From the NCBI GenBank assembly GCA_003290465.1, contig CP030759.1, positions 224,672 through 288,671 on the forward strand: a stretch of DNA of 64,000 nt, in the 5' to 3' direction. The stretch comes from Candidatus Sumerlaea chitinivorans. GTDB lineage: Bacteria > Sumerlaeota > Sumerlaeia > Sumerlaeales > Sumerlaeaceae. Of the stretch, positions 48,770 to 57,953 are shown in pieces (within the stretch, counting starts at the first letter, position 1; each line of letters begins with the position of its first letter). Under the pieces are notes generated by a model. It saw nothing but the letters and a program-made list of their open reading frames with translations, made no database searches and was not told where the DNA came from. A program made the position numbers and the translations under genes.

Positions 48770-49384
48770 CTATGCGTTGAAATGCTCGATTGAGAAGAGG
48801 TCCTCCTCGCGGCGCTCCGCACAGTCGCGTGACTGGCGCTCGAGGTCATTCACTGTGCCCACGCTGATTTCTTTCAGATAGGCAAGGTTCGGCCGGAGGA
48901 GCAGGCGCAGCTTCCGGTCTTGTGCGTTTCGGACGCTGACGTGAATGAAGTCGGGGGTGGCCACCTCGCTCCAGAGCAGGTCCAGCCGTCCCTCACTATT
49001 TCCGGTCGCAACGGCGAGCCCATCGATCAGGCACGAGTAGGGAGTGGAAGCTGGGATGTGTGAGGTGATCACGAGCTCGTGGCTTCCCCATTTCGTCCCG
49101 GTTTCACGCAGAATCGCCTGACCCATTCGGTAGCCGAGCACATTCCATGGTCCAACATGGCCGTGGCGATTCTCAATTTCCTTCCACCAATCCTCGGATT
49201 CTTGACCTCGATTCCATCCGGCTTCGCCTGACCGAGCACGCCGAACGGTAATCTTCACTTCCCCTGAAAATGTGTGAGAATGTTCATGAGGTGAATCATG
49301 CATTGCGGAGCTACCTCCAAGAAAAGTGCAAGCAAGGGCACCACAGTTTTCCTGTAGTGCCCTTGATTTACCGATGAGTGTCAA
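48770..49384 (-). CDS. FmdE-domain-like protein with a His-rich N-terminus (HDSPHEHSHTF)
   Basis: HGHVGPWNVLGYRMGQ resembles the FmdE/FwdE core HxxPG..LGxRxG. Weak call. Confidence 0.35.
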   Translation of the reverse strand: MTLIGKSRALQENCGALACTFLGGSSAMHDSPHEHSHTFSGEVKITVRRARSGEAGWNRGQESEDWWKEIENRHGHVGPWNVLGYRMGQAILRETGTKWGSHELVITSHIPASTPYSCLIDGLAVATGNSEGRLDLLWSEVATPDFIHVSVRNAQDRKLRLLLRPNLAYLKEISVGTVNDLERQSRDCAERREEDLFSIEHFNA

Positions 49385-49411
49385 TGAGATGCCGCCGTTT
49401 ATACAGAAATC

Positions 49412-50047
49412 TTATTGGCGCGGAACACTCTCGGAATACCGCTGCGTGCGTACGACGTCGCCGTTACTCACGGTCCCATTTGTTGGGTCGTAAATAATGT
49501 TCAGCTTTGCGTCCGCTCCGCGATCCCCGTCCGGCCCACAGCCGATGAGCCGCCACGCCCCGGTTTTCTCAAAAAGCTGTTGAGCGTCGGCGGGCGGCGA
49601 GCCAGCCAGATTCGGCGAAAACAGGTGGTATTGCATGTTGATGTAGTTGATGTAGCGGATAAAGGGTTCAGGGCCGATAATCTTGTCAGCAAAAGGGTCA
49701 TTGGGCCGACTCGTAATGTATGCGATTGGCGTGGTCAGGTGGTAGTGGGGGAACTCGTTCGGATCATACAGCCCGCGGTTAATCGCCGGCTCGTAAACAG
49801 TTCCGTCTGGCTTGATTTGGCCGTAGAGCGGATAGGTGTTGTTATCGACCGCGTAAGACTCTATTGCTGTCGTGAGCGAGCGCATATCGGCTTTGCAACG
49901 CGCAACTTTGGAGCGCGTCTGTGCTTCCAAGAAATTTGGTACTGCAATCGCTGCTAAGATAGCAATAATGGCTACCACGATGAGCAACTCGATGAGAGTG
50001 AATGCCGGCGAATGAGTTCGGCGAGGATTCGAGGAAAACCAACGCAT
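49412..50047 (-). CDS. Prepilin-type N-terminal cleavage/methylation-domain protein (pseudopilin or type IV pilin-like, 211 aa)
   Basis: AFTLIELLIVVAIIAILAAIAVPNFLEAQTRSKVARCKADMRSLTTAIESYAVDNNTYP: the class III signal peptide plus the pseudopilin-like conserved region. Confidence 0.85.
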   Translation of the reverse strand: MRWFSSNPRRTHSPAFTLIELLIVVAIIAILAAIAVPNFLEAQTRSKVARCKADMRSLTTAIESYAVDNNTYPLYGQIKPDGTVYEPAINRGLYDPNEFPHYHLTTPIAYITSRPNDPFADKIIGPEPFIRYINYINMQYHLFSPNLAGSPPADAQQLFEKTGAWRLIGCGPDGDRGADAKLNIIYDPTNGTVSNGDVVRTQRYSESVPRQ

Positions 50048-50063
50048 TTTTAAGAAAACCTCC

Positions 50064-50092
50064 GTTCACACGATTTTCAAAATCGTGTGAAC
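50064..50092. promoter_or_regulatory. 29-bp perfect palindrome GTTCACACGATTTT-c-AAAATCGTGTGAAC. It lies in the 5' leader 17-45 nt upstream of the pilin-like gene start and in the nikR divergent region.
   Basis: Read directly; 14/14 arms. The GGAGG RBS of the pilin-like gene follows immediately on the minus strand. Confidence 0.6.
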
Positions 50093-50214
50093 GCTTATCT
50101 GTTTGCGAAGGTGGGTCAACATAAAAAATCGTCATGTCGGGAAAAATCTTTCGACCAAGGCCAGAAGTAATGTATGCACAGGCTCTGGAAGAAACGATAG
50201 CATAGGAGTGGGCC

Positions 50215-50640
50215 GTGACCAAAAAGGGTGTCGAACGCTATACGGTTTCCATGGACGGGCAATTGCTCGCCAAATTCGATTCTCTCATCGCAAGGAAAGG
50301 CTACGCAAACCGGAGTGAGGCCATTCGGGATCTCATTCGGGCGGCGCTGGTGGAAGACGAGTGGGCCCGGGCCGACGAAAAGGTGGCAGCTACGGTTACG
50401 CTCGTGTATGACCACCACCGTCGGCAGATCGCAGAGACGCTCGCCGAAATCCAGCACCACCATCACGATCTTGTCGTCTCCGCCACCCATGTGCACCTCG
50501 ATAATGAGAATTGCCTCGAGGTGGTCATCCTACGCGGGAAGGCCTCTGCAGTTCGCGCGCTTGCGGACGAACTGATTGCCTGTAAAGGTGTGAAACACGG
50601 CAAAACGGTTATGACCACAGAGGGGCGAGATCTTCCCTGA
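50215..50640 (+). CDS. nikR: Nickel-responsive regulator NikR (ribbon-helix-helix plus ACT-like metal-binding domain)
   Basis: N-terminal RHH ([36 protein letters not shown]) and C-terminal His/Cys metal-site residues (HHHHD...H.H...C). 141 aa, typical NikR size. Confidence 0.8.
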   Translation: MTKKGVERYTVSMDGQLLAKFDSLIARKGYANRSEAIRDLIRAALVEDEWARADEKVAATVTLVYDHHRRQIAETLAEIQHHHHDLVVSATHVHLDNENCLEVVILRGKASAVRALADELIACKGVKHGKTVMTTEGRDLP

Positions 50641-50819
50641 GAAAGCGCCCCCAAATGGGTGCGCCTCCTGCAGAAGGGGATGCACGCCCAAACCGACGAT
50701 AGGCGATTCCAACGGACTGCAGAGTCACGCGGTGGCTCTGGGGTGCATGAGGGAATAGCTTTTGGGGCGAGTTGTTTACATTGCGTAATCTTTGCTCGTG
50801 AGGAGAAGCACTCAGGACG

Positions 50820-52394
50820 ATGCCATTGAATAAGCGCCTTGCTGGGATTTTGCTGCATCCGACATCATTGCCGGGTCGTTACGGCATTGGCGATTTGGGG
50901 CCGGAAGCTTACCGATTTCTTGAGTGGGTGGAAGCGGCGGGCCTTGCCTATTGGCAAGTGTTGCCCCTCGGTCCCACAAGTTTTGGGGACTCCCCGTATC
51001 AGTGCTTCTCCGCATTCGCTGGCAATCCGTTGCTGATTAGTCCTGAGGAGTTGGTGAAAGATGGCCTCCTCCTTCCGGACGAAATCACCCCACCGCCATT
51101 TCCAGTAGGTCGTGTGGACTACGGCTGGGTAATTCAGTGGAAGCGCGGATTGTTGGAGAAAGCATACGAGCGTTTCCAAACAGGCGCCACCGAAGAGTTG
51201 TCCGCCCGCTTCGATGCGTTTTGTCACCGCGAAGACGTCAGCAAGTGGCTCGACGATTATGCGTTATTTATGGCGTGCAAGGATGCCCACGCGGGGCAGC
51301 CATGGAACACGTGGGAGCCGGAGCTTCGCGCCTTCCGGGCGGCGGCTGTACGGCGAGCACGCAAGGAGCTCGAGCACGCGATCGGATATCATCGTTTTGC
51401 GCAGTTCCTCTTTTTTCTTCAATGGGAGCGCTTGCGAGCGGATGCCCACCGCCGTGGGATCGAAATCATCGGCGATGCACCCATCTATGTCGCCTACGAC
51501 AGCGCCGACGTTTGGGCGCACCAAGATTTGTTCTTACTGGATGAACAAGGGAACCCCACCCATGTCGCCGGCGTGCCGCCAGATTATTTCAGTGTGACTG
51601 GCCAGCTCTGGGGCAACCCGCTCTACAACTGGAAGCGGCTCGAAAAACAGGGGTTCGGGTGGTGGATCGACCGCATGAGAAGCACCCTCGCGCTGGTGGA
51701 CATTGTGCGCTTGGATCATTTCCGCGGCTTTATGGGCTATTGGAGTGTGCCTTTTGGCTCGCCGACCGCAGAACACGGAGAATGGGTTCGTGGTCCGGGG
51801 CGCAAGTTTTTTGAGCGCCTCCGGGCTGAACTTGGCACGCTGCCGATCATCGCCGAAGACTTGGGGGAGATCACCACGGATGTCACTGAGGTGCGCAAGG
51901 AGTTTGGTCTACCCGGTATGCGCGTGATGCAGTTTGCGTGGTCTGTTGCCTCCACGAACCCCTACATCCCGGACCCCAACAATCCGTTTATGCTGCATCA
52001 TCACGAACCAAACGCTGTCGTGTACACCGGCACTCACGACAATGACACAAGTCTTGGGTGGTGGCGACATACGTCGACTCCGCAGGAACGTACGTGCATG
52101 CAGCTTTATTTAGCTACCGATGGCAATGCCGCAAACTGGGATCTCATTCGCGCAAGCTTTATGTCGGTGGCGAACACGGCCATTGTTCCGGCACAAGACT
52201 TCCTCGGTCTCGACAGTGACGCACGGATGAACTTCCCCGGCCGTCCCGAAGGGAACTGGACGTGGCGGCTCGTTGAAGGCCAGCTAACTCCTGAGTTGGC
52301 ACATCGCATCCGCTGCATGTTGCTTCTCTATGAACGTTGCGCCAACCCACCGGATTTCGTAAGAAGTGCAGAGCCAAAGCGACCGCTGTACTGA
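50820..52394 (+). CDS. malQ: 4-alpha-glucanotransferase (amylomaltase, GH77)
   Basis: AGILLHPTSLPGRYGIGDLG...WQVLPLGPT...SPYQ N-terminal signature, then the GH77 catalytic blocks (LDHFRGF, DLGE, HDND). Confidence 0.9.
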   Translation: MPLNKRLAGILLHPTSLPGRYGIGDLGPEAYRFLEWVEAAGLAYWQVLPLGPTSFGDSPYQCFSAFAGNPLLISPEELVKDGLLLPDEITPPPFPVGRVDYGWVIQWKRGLLEKAYERFQTGATEELSARFDAFCHREDVSKWLDDYALFMACKDAHAGQPWNTWEPELRAFRAAAVRRARKELEHAIGYHRFAQFLFFLQWERLRADAHRRGIEIIGDAPIYVAYDSADVWAHQDLFLLDEQGNPTHVAGVPPDYFSVTGQLWGNPLYNWKRLEKQGFGWWIDRMRSTLALVDIVRLDHFRGFMGYWSVPFGSPTAEHGEWVRGPGRKFFERLRAELGTLPIIAEDLGEITTDVTEVRKEFGLPGMRVMQFAWSVASTNPYIPDPNNPFMLHHHEPNAVVYTGTHDNDTSLGWWRHTSTPQERTCMQLYLATDGNAANWDLIRASFMSVANTAIVPAQDFLGLDSDARMNFPGRPEGNWTWRLVEGQLTPELAHRIRCMLLLYERCANPPDFVRSAEPKRPLY

Positions 52395-52499
52395 GGTACG
52401 TCATTCGCACGCGTGCTCAGGCTGGCTATCGAAAGATGGGAACCAGCGAACAACATGTTGCGCTCTGGCATACTCGAGCGTGATGAGCGAGCAGGCGTA

Positions 52500-53861
52500 T
52501 TAGGATTGCGTCTCTACCTGAGTGATGCGTAACCGAGCAGGGAACCCAAACCACGCAATCGGAACACCGAGTAAAACTCCTATCGCCGTCACTAACGTAA
52601 AGTAATGAATGCTGGTGGGGGTTGAGCCAAGGTAGTTTGCGCCGAGCCAGATCGAGATCAAAAGCAAGCTATTCAGGAGTAAGTTGGTGAGGGCAAATAC
52701 GCGCCCGCGATACTCATCGGGAACCACGCGTTGGAGTAGTGTGTCCATGCAGACGGCAACTCCGCCTCCCACATAGCCGACCACCAAATTGACGAGATAG
52801 AGCGACCACGGCGGAAGGGGTAGCGTGAGGGTAGCAACTGTAAACGAAGCGACTGCGAAACAACCTGTTACCAGCCAGCGCAAGCTTAAGCGTCCGCCGT
52901 AGATGCCTGTCAGGAGCCCCCCGCACACCAGTCCGACGCCGAGTGCACCGTAGGCGTACCCAAGATACTCCGTTGCTTGTTCGTTGCTGGGGGAAAGCCG
53001 CAGGTAAACCAACTTAGTGACGATCGTAAAGTAGGCTCCGCCAACAAAGAAGAACCACGACTGAATAAGTGCGGCGGTGGCTGGCAACCGGTGATGCGTG
53101 AGATAACGAATTCCGTCCTGCAGCTGTCCCCAAAATGAACCCTCCGCTCGGACGCGCCTCCGCCGTTCTTCCTCATACCCAGCCACAGCCCGCGGTACCA
53201 CGATCCAGAATAGCAGGAGAGCCGAGACCAGGTACGTAAGGGCATCAATGAGAAATGCGAAGCCCAACCCCGGTGGCATTTTTTCGCGCGGAAAAAGCCA
53301 TCCGAGCTGATCCACGAACCAATTGGGCTGGTTCAGAGCACTGACGAGGGCACCGCCAATAACAGTCCCGAAGAGCACAGTAAGCGTTCCCATCGTCGAG
53401 GTCACTGAATTCGCTCGCAGCAGGTGCTCTTGTGGCACAATTTCCGGGATAAAAGCGCTCTTTGCAGGGGCGAACACACTTGTCGCCAAGCCAATCAGAA
53501 ACACAATTGCATAAATGACGCCGGGATGGTGGGACGGAGAGATGCAAAATGGCAAAGCAAGCACAACTCCAGCCCGCAAGATGTCCATGAGGATCATGAG
53601 GCGACGGCGGTCAAACCGGTCAATGATCGGACCTGCAAATGGTCCAAACACGACGTATGCCAAGGTTGCCCAAAAGGTGATGAGATTAGCGCGATCCGAT
53701 GCAATCTCCTTGCTAACACCAACCGAGAGCACGCCGATCATCGCCATTTGGTCAATTCGGTCTCCGAGGTAGGAAATCAACTGTCCTACCCAGAACTTCG
53801 AAAAATTGCGGTTGCGGAAAAGCTCCGCGAGTGACGGTTGACCAGTCGTGGCGTGTTCCAT
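52500..53861 (-). CDS. MFS transporter (EntS/MFS_3-like)
   Basis: About 12 TM segments; the N-terminus LFRNRNFSKFWVGQLISYLGDRIDQMAMIGVL is typical. Trimmed to MEHATT. Confidence 0.7.
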   Translation of the reverse strand: MEHATTGQPSLAELFRNRNFSKFWVGQLISYLGDRIDQMAMIGVLSVGVSKEIASDRANLITFWATLAYVVFGPFAGPIIDRFDRRRLMILMDILRAGVVLALPFCISPSHHPGVIYAIVFLIGLATSVFAPAKSAFIPEIVPQEHLLRANSVTSTMGTLTVLFGTVIGGALVSALNQPNWFVDQLGWLFPREKMPPGLGFAFLIDALTYLVSALLLFWIVVPRAVAGYEEERRRRVRAEGSFWGQLQDGIRYLTHHRLPATAALIQSWFFFVGGAYFTIVTKLVYLRLSPSNEQATEYLGYAYGALGVGLVCGGLLTGIYGGRLSLRWLVTGCFAVASFTVATLTLPLPPWSLYLVNLVVGYVGGGVAVCMDTLLQRVVPDEYRGRVFALTNLLLNSLLLISIWLGANYLGSTPTSIHYFTLVTAIGVLLGVPIAWFGFPARLRITQVETQS

Positions 53862-53971
53862 GAAGCACAATCCAATGGAAGGTGTGGAGCACATGTCAAT
53901 CAGACATCCGTGGTTGCAAGCGACAAAGTTCCATCTCAAGTTGTGGAGAAGATAAGGAGGCTTTGCTAATT

Positions 53972-55591
53972 ATGAAATGCCTGAGATGTGGCGTTGCCTT
54001 AGGGATTGCTCTGGTGTCATGGATGGCTTGGGCGGCACCGAGCTATGATCTCATCATCCGGGGCGGGCGGATCGTGGACGGGACGGGGGCACCTTGGTTT
54101 CGGGGTGATGTGGCGATTACAGCTGGAAAAATCGTGGCGGTGGGAGTACTTGATTCCGAAGCCACAGCGACTCGTGTCGTTGATGCTCAAGAACAGTACG
54201 TGGCACCCGGTTTCATTGACGTTCACACCCACTGCGAGGACGACTTGTTGCGTTTACCCACTGCGGAGAACTTCATCCGCATGGGGGTGACCACCGTGGT
54301 CACCGGCAACTGTGGGGGCTCCTATCTCAATCTTGCCGAGGCGTTTACAACTCACACTCGCACTGGAATCGGCGTGAACATGGCAAGCTTGATCGGACAC
54401 AACTCGGTCAGGCGGGCCGTGATGGGGAATGTGGCCCGAGATCCCACCACCACCGAGATCGAAGCAATGAAGGGCCTTGTCGAGAAAGCGATGCGCGATG
54501 GCGCCGTGGGCCTTTCGACCGGCCTAATTTATACCCCCGGAACGTACTCCAAGATGGATGAGATTGTTGAGTTGGCAAAAGTCGCAGCGCGTTACGGTGG
54601 CATCTACGCCACCCACATGCGAAGCGAAGGCATTAGCATTTTTGAGGCGATGGAAGAAGCCCTTGAAGTGGGGCGCCGCGCACATATTCCTGTTCAGATC
54701 TCCCACCACAAAATTGTGGCTCCATTCCGATTTGGGCAAACCACAGCAACGCTTGCTCTCATTGACCGCGCTCGCGAGGAAGGACTGGACGTCGCACCCG
54801 ATCAGTACGTTTACACCGCCTCCTCAACTTCGATCTCCAGCATGCTGCCCGACTGGGCAATTGAAGGTTCACGCGAAGAGATAAGAAAACGCCTAACAAC
54901 TACGGACACTCGTGCTCGAGTCATCGCAGGGCTCATCGAGGAGCGACGCGATAAGTCCGGTCGCAAAGACTTGGGCTATGCGATCGTGGCGAATTGCCGT
55001 AGCGACCCTTCTCTCAACGGCAAGAGCATCCTCGAAATTGCACGTGAGCGATTCGGCTCCGAGACATGGGACGCGCAAGCACAAGTTGTGGTGGACATTG
55101 TCACCAGCGGAGGAGCCAGCATGGTGTTCCACTCGATGGATGAAAGCGATGTTCAGAGGATCGCGTGTTACCCCTATACAGCCTTTGCGAGCGACTCGGG
55201 CGTGCGAGAGTTCGGCGTCGGAGTTCCTCATCCGCGCGGCTACGGCAACAATGCGCGCGTTCTGGCGAGGTATGTGCGAGAGCAGAAGCTTTTGCGCCTT
55301 GAAGACGCGGTGCGCCGCATGACCTCGCTGCCGGCTCAAAGATTTCGATTTTTCGATCGTGGTCTTGTGCGTCCCGGCATGGCAGCGGATCTCGTGGTCT
55401 TTGATTTGAAGCAAGTGCGCGACGCCTCAACCTTCGAGCAGCCGCACGCTTATGCTGAGGGGTTTTCGTATGTCCTTGTCAATGGTGTGCCTGTCATTGA
55501 GGGGGGCAAGACCACTGGCTTGCGCCCCGGACAGATTCTTTATGGGCCTGGAAAGGAGAAGATACCCAGCGCCCTCTCCTCTGCAAATTAG
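53972..55591 (+). CDS. Secreted amidohydrolase, N-acyl-D-amino-acid deacylase (D-aminoacylase) family
   Basis: Signal peptide. YDLIIRGGRIVDGTG...GFIDVHTH metal-binding motif. The 540-aa length and central blocks match the D-aminoacylase-type amidohydrolases. AAGGAGG RBS 11 nt upstream. Confidence 0.72.
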   Translation: MKCLRCGVALGIALVSWMAWAAPSYDLIIRGGRIVDGTGAPWFRGDVAITAGKIVAVGVLDSEATATRVVDAQEQYVAPGFIDVHTHCEDDLLRLPTAENFIRMGVTTVVTGNCGGSYLNLAEAFTTHTRTGIGVNMASLIGHNSVRRAVMGNVARDPTTTEIEAMKGLVEKAMRDGAVGLSTGLIYTPGTYSKMDEIVELAKVAARYGGIYATHMRSEGISIFEAMEEALEVGRRAHIPVQISHHKIVAPFRFGQTTATLALIDRAREEGLDVAPDQYVYTASSTSISSMLPDWAIEGSREEIRKRLTTTDTRARVIAGLIEERRDKSGRKDLGYAIVANCRSDPSLNGKSILEIARERFGSETWDAQAQVVVDIVTSGGASMVFHSMDESDVQRIACYPYTAFASDSGVREFGVGVPHPRGYGNNARVLARYVREQKLLRLEDAVRRMTSLPAQRFRFFDRGLVRPGMAADLVVFDLKQVRDASTFEQPHAYAEGFSYVLVNGVPVIEGGKTTGLRPGQILYGPGKEKIPSALSSAN

Positions 55592-55736
55592 GAGACCACC
55601 CACGCTCTATGGTTGATGCCGCGGAGGGTAAAATGCGGTCACGCTGCCGACATGGGCTAACAGCCCCTCCTGTTCGTAAACCTATGGGCTACAGCCTAAG
55701 AGGTGAGGCAAGAACTCGGGAGTCTGTGTCCCTGTT

Positions 55737-57953
55737 ATGGTAAAGAGACAAACCGATCAAGTTCCTCAGTGGGGATCATGGGTAGCTTCGGGAGGCGTTG
55801 CGCTTGCTGCGGTAGCAGCGCTCAGTGTGGTTGCTTGGGCTCAGTGGCCTATACGCGTGCCAGTAAGTCAGGACCAGGCGGACGCTCATGTTTCAGTGTT
55901 CGCAGCGCTTAGCGGCGCAGTAGCCTTGCTTGCTGCGTTTTTGCGTTTCCTGGGGTCGGCGTGGTTCTGGAAGATTCAACTCGCATGGCTGCTTTGGTTT
56001 GTGGCCACCGTTGGGTGGGGGAATTTAATTCTGCGAGCCGTCGGCAAGCGGAGTGTCCCGTGCAATTCCTCAATTATCGCGTTCGCCGTTGGGTTTCTGG
56101 GGATAGGGCTGTTTGTTTTTCTTTATGGGCAGGTCCCCGGCGCATTGAGTCCGCACGGAAGTGTCGTGCTTCTGACGCTTCTTCTTGTTGGCGGACTGGC
56201 ATGCCGTCTAACCCAGCGTTCCCACTGGGTGCGGCCGGTTGGCTGTCTTCGAAAGTGTTTTCTCAGGTGGCAACGCGCCAACTGGGCCGAACGGTTAGCG
56301 TGGCTGTTTATCCTGCTCACGTGGATTTGGCTTTGGATGTATGCGCTGACACCGCCCATACAGTCGGATGGGCTTCGCTACCATCTTGGCGCTCCGCAGG
56401 AATATCTAAAGCACGGAAAAATAGCCCATTTGCCACTGAACGCTTTCAGCAATTTCCCGTTTCTCCCCGAGATGCATTTCTTGCTCGCACTTGCCGCCGG
56501 AGTCCCTGAAACCGCGCAACTCATGCATCTAACCGCGTTTATCCTGTGTGTCCTGGCACTGCATCAACTGACAGGGTTTGCGTGTGCGGCTTGGCTGCGT
56601 TATGTCACGCCCCGCCCGAGCCTGCAAGCTGTCCGATGGATACCCGCCTTCTTGTTTACCAGTGTCCCCGCATTTGGAGTCGTGAGTGCGTGGCCATTCA
56701 TTGATCAATTCGTGACGCTTTTTCTCGTACTGGGATTCTACGCCCTGTTCCGTGCTTTTGAAGGCGCTGGTGAATCCTATTTTGCGATTGCGGGGCTGAT
56801 GATAGGTGGAGCACTCGGCTCGAAGTATACAAGTTTAGCCTTCTGCGCGATCCTTGGACTCCTTGCGGTTGCAGAGTTGGGAATCTCTTTGGGTCTGCGC
56901 GACGTGGCTGTGGTCAAACGGTTAGGGCGCGGACTCTTGCTTGCAGGCGTCGTGGCACTTCTTGCTGGGAGCGCTTGGTACATCCGGAATACGCTCGTTG
57001 TGGGCAACCCAATTTATCCTCTGGGAATTTCTGTTTTCGGCGGCGGGGATTTTACGAGTGAAAATGCAGCTCTCTACGCTCGGAAGATGGCGGAGAAAGG
57101 ATGCCCGAAGGAAGTTGGCTATTTCTTACGTGCGCCGTGGGATGCAACTTTTTCGTGGACTCGGTTTGAGCGGCATTTTCCGGGAGGCGTCCTTCTATTT
57201 GTTACGATTGCTGGCGTGACGGGTTGGGGACTCGCCTCCGTGGCGAGTGCTCGACGCCAAGCTCGATTTGTTTTCTATTGTGGCTGGGCGGGCCTTGCGG
57301 CCACGGCGCTCTGGTTTTTCACCTACCAAAGCAACCGAATGCTGGGTCCTTCGATTGCATTGTTTATCCCTTGCGCGACCGCCGCCGTGAGTCTTGTTTC
57401 GGCGAAGTCGCCTCATCTTCGTCGCGTGGTGCTCGTATGCGCCTTCCTTGTGGGCGCCCACGGCATACTGTGGACAATTCAGTACGTAAGTACGGTCCAC
57501 CGCCCACCAGCCGCATACTATTTCAAGGGAGCCATGTCGCGAGACGAGTATATAGGCGAAGCGCTCAACTATTATCGCGCGTTTCAATATCTGAATGAGC
57601 ATGTGCCCCCTGGTGAGCGAGTGTTGCTGATCGGGGAACACCGGATTTTTTACGCGAAATTTGATGCTGTTTGGAGCGATTGGTTCGATACACCGGCGGT
57701 GCTGCACCTAATTCGGCAACACCGCGTGCAGTCGGTTAGTGATCTGATTCATGCGTTAGATCACGAGCGCATTCGCTGGATTCTTGTGAATGACCTCGAA
57801 CTTGCTCCGCAATTCCATCAGTATTGGCTTCCCCGTTTCCGGGATCACGAATGGAGGCTTGTGGAAGGTCTACTGGAATCGCCAGCGTACGAGCGGGTGA
57901 CCACAGTTTCGGCGGGTAGGATTCTGCACCGAAAACAAGGGGTGAAACCATGA
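55737..57953 (+). CDS. Large polytopic membrane protein (738 aa), hypothetical. Possibly a glycosyltransferase, judged from its neighbour and the 4-nt overlap with the next gene.
   Basis: At least 12 predicted hydrophobic helices plus a C-terminal soluble domain. Its ATGA overlap with the downstream GT87-like gene indicates an operon. Confidence 0.4.
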   Translation: MVKRQTDQVPQWGSWVASGGVALAAVAALSVVAWAQWPIRVPVSQDQADAHVSVFAALSGAVALLAAFLRFLGSAWFWKIQLAWLLWFVATVGWGNLILRAVGKRSVPCNSSIIAFAVGFLGIGLFVFLYGQVPGALSPHGSVVLLTLLLVGGLACRLTQRSHWVRPVGCLRKCFLRWQRANWAERLAWLFILLTWIWLWMYALTPPIQSDGLRYHLGAPQEYLKHGKIAHLPLNAFSNFPFLPEMHFLLALAAGVPETAQLMHLTAFILCVLALHQLTGFACAAWLRYVTPRPSLQAVRWIPAFLFTSVPAFGVVSAWPFIDQFVTLFLVLGFYALFRAFEGAGESYFAIAGLMIGGALGSKYTSLAFCAILGLLAVAELGISLGLRDVAVVKRLGRGLLLAGVVALLAGSAWYIRNTLVVGNPIYPLGISVFGGGDFTSENAALYARKMAEKGCPKEVGYFLRAPWDATFSWTRFERHFPGGVLLFVTIAGVTGWGLASVASARRQARFVFYCGWAGLAATALWFFTYQSNRMLGPSIALFIPCATAAVSLVSAKSPHLRRVVLVCAFLVGAHGILWTIQYVSTVHRPPAAYYFKGAMSRDEYIGEALNYYRAFQYLNEHVPPGERVLLIGEHRIFYAKFDAVWSDWFDTPAVLHLIRQHRVQSVSDLIHALDHERIRWILVNDLELAPQFHQYWLPRFRDHEWRLVEGLLESPAYERVTTVSAGRILHRKQGVKP

